A DNA stretch of 64,000 nt from Podarcis pityusensis (lineage: Eukaryota), in assembly GCA_964106645.2 (NCBI GenBank), contig OZ067044.1; one strand, 5' to 3'. Position 1 is the stretch's first letter; each line of letters opens with the position of its first letter. Below are positions 1-12,000 of this stretch, in pieces. The notes beneath the pieces were generated by a model. That model ran no database searches and had not been told where the DNA came from. It worked only from the letters and a program-made list of their open reading frames with translations. Both the position numbers and the translations under genes were made by a program.

Positions 1-15
1 GGAAATTGGAAGGCC
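1..15 (-). CDS. ANKHD1: ANKHD1 exon ~33, 5' part (GLPIS), truncated by window edge
   Basis: ctccttag|GGC CTT CCA ATT TCC matches the expected continuation GLPISMYGG. Confidence 0.85.
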
Positions 16-3000
16 CTAAGGAGAGACATGGCAATTTACAGAAAATGGTAGCAGAGAAACAGGTTTACAGATCAGTAGCAATTTTATTTGTAGTAACTAA
101 TGAGTACAATGCTACTGTTACGCAGAGGTTATCTGCAGAATTGTACACCACCTCTAAGAGGCTCCTGAGCATAGACTAACCAACTCATGTTCTACATTAG
201 AATAATGTATCTGTGTCAACCCTACATTATTATTATTTTACATTCATCACATAATATAAAAGCACATTTTAGCACCTATCCGCCTCTTTTAGAAGCTGCC
301 TAACTAGATAAGATTCATTTATTTGATACCAGCATATTGTTGGAAATTTGTGAACATTCTAGCCAACAGAAGCCAGGGCAGTTCCCACATTTCCCCATCC
401 AAATTAATGTTTATACTGCTTTCCTTACCAATTAAATCCCTCTTCTATCATAATAAATCTGGTCCTGCCCACAAGATATTATGTAAATTGGGACATTGGA
501 CCTAACAGACCTTCATGCCTAACAGCACATTTACCTACTGTACTGTAAGGTAGGGATCACCAACACTGTGCCTGTGGGCTCCAAAATGCCCATCAGTACA
601 CACTCAATTAAAGCTCAGAGTAGACAGTGAAGCCTGTCTTGTGTCGTCTTTTCAATTCCATGTTAATATTTTTCTGTTCTACAAGACTTTAAGATCTGCC
701 TTTAAGTCTCTGCGATGTGGTTGATGCTTTAATGTACTAAACATATTTAATGGCTGCTATAGTTATATGCTATATATTGTATTTGATTGTGCTGGTTTTC
801 TATTTGGGTTTTGGTGCTAATTTTGGTATAAGTATGACATGGCTGTTAATTATCAAGGTTCTTTTAATCCTCTATACAGTTCCTAGACAATTTATAAACA
901 AATAGGGTGGGATTCACCTAACAGCCCCCACCAACAGAAACCCTGCACAAGGACTTCTGCTTGGGAAATGGGGCTTCCCCCCAACTGGCTTGAGGGGGTC
1001 AGGAAAAATCGGGGGTCAGAACAGTGTTGGGAGGTCTGTTCAATCAGGCAAGCTGGAATGCTTGTGCCAACAGAATGATTGGAATTCCACCCATAAACCA
1101 GTAGTTTGGAAAGTCTTCCTCTCCACAGTACATATACAATCCTTGATACTCAAGAGTAACTCATTACTGTGTAACAGGCTCTTCTTTCCTATACACATCA
1201 AAATGTAAGGCTGTTGTCACCTGGCAGTTCGCATGGCTGCCAATAGCTGGGCACACCAACTCCAGTGTGACAACAGAACAGCAGGTAGGCAGCTGTGCAA
1301 GCAAATTGCTCTGTGAAGCACCTCCCTCTCTTTACTAAATGCAGCTGCACAAAGTTTAACAGAAGGAAGACACTTCAGAGAAAATTGAAGCATCTCTCCC
1401 CTCCTTTAAAAGGGGGTGGGACTTGGGGCGAGCTGTAAGGAGACAGGCAAGGGGTGAGTGAGGTGTAAAGGAATGAGGGAATGACCAGGTGTGTGTGTGT
1501 GGGGGGGAAGGGGTTTGGCAGGTAGGCAAGGTTGGCAAGTGGAACAAGCAGAGATACGCAACAATACATATTAATACACAAAACGGCAAGCAATGCAGAA
1601 TGTTATCCCCAATTAGCACAAATTGCCTATTAGACACCCCGGACAAACAGAAGTGATGCTACTCTGGAAGGACTGGAAGCTGAGAAGCCCCCAATGTTCA
1701 CAAACAGCTTCCATTGAGAATACAAATTCTAAGAATGTTCTACAGCTGCATGATTTAGTTTGATTTGAAGCAACTGTGTGGAGGTCTGTGCATAGTATGA
1801 CTGTGCACAAGTGTGAGAGAGAAACTTTTGAAAGCGTACTTTAGAGAAATCTACAAAGCTGTTCGGCATAGGCTGCTGGAAAATATTTGAGGGCGCCACT
1901 ATTCCAGAGTCATCTCTCTCCATCGGCTGATGTTGGGAAAAGGTGCCAGGGTCCGACAGCTGCTGATGAACTGGATGATTTCCCATGACAGGCTGAGACC
2001 AACCTGACATGCCTTCTAGAAAGATAACGAAGCACTTGTTTAGGGATCAGAAAAATCTCTCGTATTAATCAAATTTTATTTCTCATATTACCCAAAAGTT
2101 AGAAAAGCTCCTTCCTGCTGCAAGAAGAGCCAACCCAACTCTACACACACTGCTCTTCAAGGGCAGTGACCTTTCCATGGCAAATCCAAGGACTAGTTCT
2201 CAGTCCTCATTCTCCAAGATTAATGACTGTGTCCTTTAACAAAGTTGATCTGCCACCCTCCTGAGATTCCTGTGGCCTGAGGTTTAGGAACATGAGAAAC
2301 TGCTTTATCATAACAAACTGTTTCCCCATCTAGCCCAAGTATTATCTGTGACTAGCAGCAGATAGTTCTGTGTCATCCTTCTAACTGGGGATTCCAGGGA
2401 TTCAACCTGGGACTACCTCCATGCAAAACAATTGTTCTGCCATTTAAGGGTACGTTGTCCCTTTCCCTCCTCACCAACATCCTCTTGTACTTTGTCCTGC
2501 CAATGTCTCAGGCCAAACATGGTGCTAGCAGGACATATCTGCACAACAGAACTACTTGGTAGTAGCTGAAACTTCACTTACTGATTCACTGCAGCAATAC
2601 CTACTCCCCAAGATACAAACTACTATTTGAAATTCAAAAGGACTTGCCTCTTCTGAAATAGAAAATGCTGCAGTAAAAAAATCAGGAATTAAAACTCCAG
2701 CTGCTATCATAGGGTTCCCTTTTTGCCAGTACCTCCCTTATTTGGGGTCTGATCACTGCACATCAAAGGCACGTATCCCCCCCCTTCTTCCCATATCCTA
2801 GAAGTTGTCACACCCTGGCACCACTCCCGTTTTGGTATCTCCAGGTTCTCATCTAGCCTCTATACGCCCTTTCAATGGTCTTCCGTATCCAATTTACTGA
2901 AAATTACTTATCGAAAGATCTTCCTTCCTGTTAACTGCTATCTTCAATTGCTCTGAATGCCTCTTCTAAACCATTGTGTCTCCTCCATACCGATCACCCC

Positions 3001-6000
3001 TTTCCAGTTTCCTACACTGACTCCATGGGAAGCATTGCACTGACTTGAAGATTCGCTTTGGAGCTCTCTCTACTCATGTGTCTTCATTCCTTTCACACAA
3101 GGCTCACTATCAGCCACTTTTCCCACTCCCCTTTCTCTGAACTTTCTGCCATGCAACAGTTCTGTATCCCTGTATAGACTTATTTTCCTGCAGCTCCACT
3201 TCTTTAGCCACCTTCCTGGCTATTCTCAGAAACACTCTTCTATTCAGGGCTACTACTGGCATTATTAAATTCCTGCATGGAAGATTTCCACTCTTGCATA
3301 AAGTAGGAAAAGCACAATGTGCAGGAATACATGTTTAGAGTACTAAAGATGTTTAAATAATTTCTGTCTAAACAATGGACTCTTTAGGATTTATTTAGTT
3401 AAAAGCTCAAGAGCTTGATATAATATGGCTGGGAACCCTTATCCTGTATTTGCAAATTACTGTTTTCTTTAACTCTTACAATCATTTCCTTTGAGATACT
3501 CACCTGAAACATTGTTAACACCAAATGACCAGATACCACTGTGTCCAACAGGAGCTGCAAAGTTGGTTCCCAAGGGGGTAGGTGTGACAGAACCTCCTTG
3601 ACGAATCCTAGCAAGTCTTTCTGTTCCAATAGGCGGTGGCACCTTTCGATCTTGTGCTGTGCTCCCTGATTTTGGCTGACCCAGAGAAGAAGGTGCAGAA
3701 GCAGCTGAAAGGGGCGAGGATGATCCCGAGGAAACTGATGGAATAGGAGATTCACCTGATGAAAAAACAGTTCTCTTGCTTTATCACACATGAAATGCTG
3801 AGTTACCTTAACTGCTGCTCTAGGATGTTTCCACTAGAGATGAAATTCTCAATGCTTCAGCAAAAGTACACTTCTACTGAAATCAGTGGGATTTAAATAC
3901 TAAAAACATTTTTTTTTTGGTATAGTATCAGTATTTTGAAATAGATGAAAACTGTGTTTTGAATTTTAATGCATCTTAAATTAGGTTATAACATGGTGCT
4001 TCATGATATTGTTTATTATTAGCTCATGTCTTCAAAACTGTGCATCCATCAAGGAGCTGTTTGAGAACATGCTTCAGGGAATGCATTGGCAAAGCAGACC
4101 ACTTCTTATTGGACAATTCTGACAGGTGGCTGGGATTGCTCACCTGCCAAAGGTGGCCCATGGACTGCAAGGAGATTAAGATCTGACTTGTCGGCCAAAA
4201 GGGTCTCCCTCCCTTCCCCAAATGTCTCTAATCATCAGCCTCAACAAAAAGCTGGGTCACCCTGCCTAAGTTATCTAGGCTCTTTAAACTTTTATACTTC
4301 AGAGCTATCTGCCAGGTTTATTGTTCTTTGTCCCTGACTGACATAGGAGCCAATGGCTCTCTAGTTTATTTACTAAGCTTAAAAATAACTATAGGGAACG
4401 TTTTCTCCATGACTGATCTATGAAACAGACTGGACTGTGTAGTGGCACTCAACTGATTTTCCCATCTCCATACACCAATGTCTAGGATAAATAAGCCACT
4501 AAAGAGAGAGATAAGGGGAGAAATAACCCAAAGGCAGCCAGCCAGCAGCTTCCTTGTGGTGTATAATTGCAGCCTCCTCCAAATCACTGCTGAACAAACA
4601 AAATTATCAAGAGCTGATCTCATTCAGCAAGCATCCTATATAGACCAACTCTCTAGCTGAATCTATAACATGACTTAAGCATCACGTATTTACATTCAGA
4701 TATTCTTAATTTGTCTGGGATCAGATAGATAGATAGATGGATAGATAGAGGCAGTTTAAAAGTATTGGGTCTAAACTAAAGCAAATGTGTAACTGCATGC
4801 ATGTTTCCTTTAAATTGTTTTTAAGACCAGCAGTGGTCATAGGGAGCTGCAAATTTGAGTGGGTAAACAATGAAATGGGAAGGGTATCTTTATCTTCCTT
4901 CCAACAGAGAGAAAAGTAATTGTGACAGATTTGTGTGTAGGGAAAGCCAGATGGGAAAAGTAAAGCAACCCTCACTCCATCTATTCTTCTACTCAAACTC
5001 TCTGAAAAGGAAGGGGAACCTTCATGTGACTGCATGTTATGTCTAATTTGGCCCCTTTTAAGCAGTTCAGTAATTTCATCTTTTAAAATTGCCTCAATTT
5101 CTTTAATTAATGCTGAAAACAAATTTATGTGTTAGAATCATACAGCCAGCAAAAAGGTCAATACCAACAGACTGAAGAGTTGAATTAGACAGACCCCCAA
5201 AACTCCTACATGAATTTGTAGCACTTGTCCAAGGGTGTGGTGAAAAATGCTGTCTGTTAAAGCTGGGGGTCCCAACAGGTGCTGGCCCTTGAAGATAAAC
5301 CCGTGCTCCTTGAATGTTTGCTGAAAAACCAGCCATAGGCGCTGAAGAGGAGTTTGAGGAGCTGCTGGATGGATCTAGAGAAGGTAAGTCTACAATTAAT
5401 ATGATTATGTCTGAGAAAATAACTCCAAAGACCCTACTTGTTACCCAGTTATTCTATGAATTACAGAAACCCTCCCATCATAATCTGATGAGGTTTGTAG
5501 GATAAACAGATTCTCATTTATCTTGATTTCTATCATTAAATAGGGCTGGGTTACATTTGGGATTTTTCTAGCCTGCCCATATAATAATTAATTACATCCT
5601 GTGTTTTAAATATTACTTGCTTCTAGCATGAACTGCTTTTCACAATCCTACCTAAAATTAAGGAGAACATTTATAGATGTTCTGTGCATAGTTGAGTTGG
5701 CATAAATAGTTAAGCCAAGATAGGGGAAATTATTTGTTATTGCCAAACTGGTCAAATTCCCAGTATATACAGTAATCTCAAAATGGCAGTTACCTGTATA
5801 GTTTTGCAGTGCAAATATTTTCAGACTGAGTCAAACTAATACCAACCTGGCTTGATGTGAGCATTTCACAACATTAAACTATCACTCTTACTGCAGGCAT
5901 TAAACATTTTTCAAAACTTCAGGGAAGAAAACACAACCAGCGTAGAATTCAATTCAAAACCACATTTTTAGATGAAGCAGACCAGGAGTGGTTAACTTGA

Positions 6001-9000
6001 TGTTGTTGGGACTACAGTTCCCATAATCTCTGCCCACTGGCCACATTTGCTGAGATAAATTCAAATACCGTACATCTGGAACAGGTTCCCCATCCCTTCT
6101 GTAGACTCAATGAAAAGATTTTGCTCCTCTTTTGCAGCAAAAGCCAATAATGGGATAGTCTGCTGCTCAAGACCATTTTCTCATGGTTGATTAAGCTATT
6201 TTGCTTGCATATTTAGGTTCTAAACTAGCGACAACGCCTCCCCAGATGGCTGAATATAGGCGCTTTCCCACTTTACCTCTCTCTATGTGGTTTGTTGCAT
6301 CTACTGTGTGGTGTGTGTTTTAAGAGCTCTTACATCCCCAGAATGACTGTGGGATAACTGAGGGTCACTATTCTGGTTTGCTTGTTCTTTAAATGCCACC
6401 ACATAGTGGATGGTTGAAAGGCTTCTAAATTAACATCCCACAAGTCTCCTTTATGTCCATTAGTACACACATAATTTTCTCACAATGGAATTCACATAAA
6501 CAGGTCACAAGGATATAGTGCCCATGCAATGCAGAACTTGCTTTAAACTATGAACAGCAACAAGTTGAGTAAAATCCTTCTTAATCTTATTTTACCAACT
6601 ATGGTCTCTGTAAAGGTTAGTACTATCAGGACTGAGGCTTAGAAATGCTGCCTATGCTCAGCAATTGGTTATTACATCAATGTGTCAAAGATAAATATCT
6701 GTAAACCGCATCAGCAAAGATTCAGAGTGGGGTTTTTTTTGTTAACTGAACCCTACTGGAATTCAAGTTTGGGAATGTAAGAAATCTCAGAGCTGACTGA
6801 AGAGGAATTATCATCTGCTAAGTATAAAGCACAATGCAAAACCTTAGTGCAAGCATAACATAATCAAAGAGTGTGGCTTGTATTGACTGCAATTAAAACT
6901 GGTCAACACTACCAATCAGCAACAGAGGGAATGGCCATCCTTCCATTTCCTATTTAATTATGCAACTTATTTTTATCTCATTATGGTTCTGACAAGAGTT
7001 CAAAAATAAAAAAGCAGAGCAAAGCTTTAATAGGTGGAATGCTGAGAAACATTTTCCTAAAATGCAACTTTTGGTTCCATTTTGTTATGGAGTAAAGGCT
7101 AACTTATCAATGAATCACATTATCTTGTCTTAGAGGAAGACAAACACAGGAAAGGGGAGGGACTGGTATGAGGGTATGCGAAGGATTAAACAAAAAGTCC
7201 CCATCATCTATATGGGCCAGAATTTTTCTTTAGGATGTTCTGTTTCCCCCATCATTTCACAGAAGTTACCTGAACCAATATTGTGTGCCAACGTTCATTC
7301 TACAGAGTCACACCAATTCCCCCATCTCTTGGTTATATTAAGTCACATTATGAAGAAAATATCAACTGAGTAAAAATAATCAAAGACCCAACACAATTCT
7401 TGTTTTCAGTATTCCTCTGGTTCAGGATCACAGAAACAATTTTAAAGTTTGGGGAAGCTTTTCAATTGCTATCAAGAGGCCATGAAGAATTATCTCCCTT
7501 TCCATGCAGAACATAGCAACTCACCTACAGGACTAGTTGAAACTCTCTGGGAAGGAGGCCGGAACCCTGGAGCCTTGGAGTTATCAGGATGCACATTTTC
7601 CATGTGCCCCATCACAGAGTTACCCAAAAACGTAGACTGGACAGTGTAAGGTTGGTCTGCTGCTCCTCGTGTGGACAGTGGGCAGTCTCCCCATCCCTGG
7701 TTAGCTGGCACCTGGTTGCTATCAAAAAGACTGCTAAAGTGATTGAAGAGTGTTGCTGGGCCAAATGTAGGAGGCAAGGATTTGTTTGCTGGGTTAATAT
7801 GCATCTGAGAACCGTTCATAACGTTCATGGGCGATGACAGCTGAACTGTGGGTGGTGGCCCTTGCGAAGGTGTCAAAGGTACTGCATTTGTAACGAAAAT
7901 GGACTGAGGTTCCTGATGTATGTTTGCATTTGGTACCATTGAATAAAATGAATTTCTAGGTTGCATTCTGTGAGAGACACGGGGTGCTGGTACAGCTAAC
8001 TGAGGTAAGGTACCATTGTCCTGATTATCTGCAGCAACCGATCTAGGTGAAGCTAAGCTTAATGGAGTAGGTTCTGAACTGGAAGAAAAAGGCATAGATA
8101 TGGGAGGACTTAAGTCAGACATATTGGTCGGCAGTGTTTCATCTTGCGCGTTGTTTGGAGGTGCAGGACTGCTAGATGTGCACGTTTCTATGACTCCTGA
8201 AGTGCTGCCAGATGAGATATTGCTGCTAGCAGCAACCGATGATGGCACACATGCGTTTCCAACAGATTGTTCTGGTGTTGATGCCTTTTCTTTGGGTACT
8301 GGGGCAGAAGAAACAGCATCTGTTTTAAGTGCAGACTGCTGTGCCTGTGGAACACTAGCGGGTAGAAATGTAGTGGGAACATGCCCAGTGTTTTCAGGTG
8401 CAGGAGAAGCTGAAGGCAGTGTGCTACATGTAGTTGTCACAGTTGAGATCGCTGTCGTCATGGTACTTGTTTTAGGAACGCAAGCGAACAACTGTTTCCT
8501 GACCGATGATGGAGTCCGGTTACTTGTAACACAGAGTGGCTGAGAGGATGCAACTACTGAAGAGACAGTACCAGGACAAGTGGGAGCTAAACCCGTGGAT
8601 TCAGGCTGCAAAATATTGCCATTCTGGTTAACTACGCGACTTGAACTGTTATGCTTTGGAGAGCTATTTGTGCTGCCTGGGTTAACTGGCCTCACTGGGA
8701 ATGGTCCCCAGGTGTTTGGAGAGGTTGAAAATGTTCCTCCAAATTGGGCCATCGGTAAGCGAGGGTGACGAATTTGTTGCATAGTTTGGGCAGCCAATAT
8801 GGCAAAGTGAGGGTGGGAATAAGCTAAGGGAAGAGAGACTGGAAAAGAAGAGCGCACGTTTGCAGGGACATTCTTGCTTAATTTGTTAGCAGACTGGAAG
8901 GTAGACAGCGTTGATGACTGAGAGGTGACAAGAGATGGAGCTCCAAGGGGAAATGAGTTTTTGTTTGAAGCTGAAGCAGTACTGACGCCAGATGAAAAAT

Positions 9001-12000
9001 TTGTATGGACTGACTTGGTGCTGGAAGCAGGTGTTCTTATATGAGTTTTAGGAATTAAATCTTCCAGTTCCTTGGCAGGATCTTGAATAAGGGCATTAAT
9101 AAGTTGTACTGCATATCTTGTTGATTCTGTTCCACCCCTGAAATAGAGAAGGCAGGATCATCTTTAGAACACAAGGCTCAGTTCAGTACAACTTAAATCC
9201 ATTTGAAAATCATGAGCTTTAAACAATAGATTTTAGGCACTCTACCTTATTGTGATCATTCTCTCTCCATTTTTATCTTTTTGTTTGTCCACATCAATAT
9301 GAGCACCAGTGACATCCTGGATTGCTGTGATGTTGCACCCACCTCTTCCCATTATTCGAGAAACAACGGATGCTGGGACAGAGAGCTTTTTTGACCTAAA
9401 TGACAAAAATTATAAATGTTTTGAGGGCTTCCTGCTTTTAAGTTTAAGAGATTTAGGTAGTATTATAATATACTCAGCCTGAAAAGCGAGATGAGCACTG
9501 CACCCTATAGTCGCCTCTGACTGGACTTAACTGTCCAGGAGTCCTTTACCTTTAACCAAATATTATAGTATGTCATTTTGATAACTAGCCAAGCATCTCA
9601 GGATAGTTAAAGTGATATTCTTGCGGATATTCTGGGCCTTGTTAGATGTGTGTTCTGGGCATGTGAATTTTAGGCTAATAGCTCTTCAGATAATGCTACT
9701 GTAATTCACACATTAACTGCCAAACTTTTAAAAAGCCCCCCTTGAGAATATGTGTACTACTGACAAACTGAATGGTTACTATGCCTTTTAACTGCTATGC
9801 ATGCTTTAGAACTGGAGATATACCACATATTTTACCCTACAGCTCTGAAAACACTAATGAAGAAGCTTCATGTGTGCTGAAAGTCATGGAAAGGTTTTTG
9901 TTGTTTTTTAAAAAAATCCCTGTTATTATATATCTTGTACTTGTTGAGTCACTATCTTTTCCTTTAGTTATTTTAAAAAATGACATTCCCTCCAACAATT
10001 CCAGCAGCCTTGGAAGTTTAAAAGCCCTTTCCCCAACACTTCCTCACATGGATTCTATTTTCCTCCTCTCTTCAGTTCAGTTCCGACAGTGATACATAAA
10101 CCCCTGTAATCCATACTCCCTGAAGTTCCAAACCCTCATTGATTCTGCTCACAGCCTCATCTACAGCCTTTCATAAATCCTCTTCAATTCCAATGCAGAA
10201 TTTTTGAATGCCACCAAAGTACCTTTTTGCTCCTGAAAGACAGCGTCCGCCTCTCTGCAGCTGAAACTGTTCAATTGGCGTTGACTGCAGAGTGTTGTTA
10301 GGGGAAGGGTCCTTTAAAACTCTGCCTACTTGCCTGTCAAGGTTAGAAAATACAATTTTCCTTAGTTTTCTAGGCAAGAGATGAAAAGAGTTTTGAGTCA
10401 TACATTTTCAAGCTCAGGTCCAGACAAGAAAACCTTCTCTCATTTCCCCTGTTTTATTTGTTACATATATATTATCAATCTCTGTGGAAACCCAAGGGAT
10501 CTCCAAGCCAGATATTAGCAGGTCCCAGATCTACTCAGCTCTACACATATGGAACTATTGTAGGCACTTCCAAAACATGTTCTAATTATACCCTAGATTA
10601 GTCAAGACTAAAATATCACAATTATTTAAAACACTAGGAAATCTTAAGAAACTGGTGTGATAGGCATATGGAACCTGATATTGTACATAATTTAGATGGC
10701 AGTCCATTTAAGGCCCATTGAAATCAGTTGAGCAGTTAATGGCTTATTGTCCTCCCCATTTCAACAGGATTAAGTACTTCACTAGAATCACTGTGCTCCA
10801 GACAGGGCAGAATCTATAGCTCTGTTAGGATAGCAAAATATCTCTTTTTAAAATAGTTTGAAAGAAAGGGAAGGCTTTGGAAGCATACATATTTCTACAA
10901 GATTCACTATTGTTAATATGTTTACAAATGCATCAGCAGCCAAGAAAAAAGTTACATCAGAACTGTTACATATGGAAAAGTATATGGTTTCATATTAACG
11001 GCTCAGATTTAAAATGTCAAAGTTGTTTGCATCTATTAAGTGTACTTTTTATAATGTAAATAGGCCTGTGCTTCTCGGTTGAAGGGTAGTACAGAAATTT
11101 AATTAATAATAATAATTTATTAAATTTATATACTGCCCTTCATCTCAAGGCAGTTCACAAGATAAAAGAACAAAATAAGTAGTTAAAACAAAAACCTCTC
11201 CTCTCACAAACACATTTTAAAAACTGTAGAATCATAGCTATCAACTTTTTCCTTTTCTTGCGAGGAACCCTATTCAGAATAAGGGAATTTCCCTTTTAAA
11301 AAAAAAGGGAAACGTTGACAGCTATGTGTAGAATATCAATCAGCCAACGGCCTGGTTGAAGAGGAATGTTTTTGCCTGGTGCCTAAAGATATATAATGAA
11401 GGTGCCAGATGGACCTCTCTGGGGAGAGCCTTCTACAAATGGGGAGCCACTGCGGAAAAGGCCCATTCTTGTGTTGCCACCCTCTAGACTTCTCATGGAG
11501 GAGGCACACAAAGAAGGGCTCAGATGATGATTGCAGGCTCCGGGTTGGTTTATATGAGGTGAGTTGGTCCTTGAGGTATTGCAGTCCTGAGCTGTTTAAG
11601 GCTTTATAGGTCAAAACCAGCACTCTGAATTGGGTCTGGAAGCTAATTGGCAGCCAGTGTAGTCCGGCCAGGATCAGTATATGCTCACACTGTCTTGCAC
11701 CTGTAAGCAACCTGGCTGCCAAATTCTGCACCAGCTGAAGTTTCTGAACTGTCTTCAGAGGCAGCCCTACGTATGATGCATTTCAGTATTCCAACCTAGA
11801 GGTTTCCAGAGCACAGACACAGAAGTTAGGCTATCCCTGTCCAGACAGGGGCACAGCTGGGCCACCAGCCGAAGCGGATGGAAGGCAATCAGCACCACTG
11901 AGGCCACCTGAGGCTCAAGCGACAGCAAAGGATCCAGGAGTACCCCAAGCTGCTTACCTGCTCCTTCAGAGGCAGTATAACCCCATCAAGAGCAGGCAAC

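Noticed and set aside
3399-3791. 130-aa minus-strand ORF as a dual-coding frame
   Set aside because: It is an alternate frame of exon ~31 running into both introns, with no splice path giving this phase.
7270-7299. 30-nt cryptic exon (ctgtag|AATGAA...TCAG|gtaact) with immediate stop
   Set aside because: Weak pyrimidine tract; such site pairs arise by chance in long introns.
8100-8543. 147-aa plus-strand ORF (also 7589..7837, 16211..16408, 18713..18949) as antisense genes
   Set aside because: These are shadows of real coding exons on the opposite strand, low-complexity, with no independent support.
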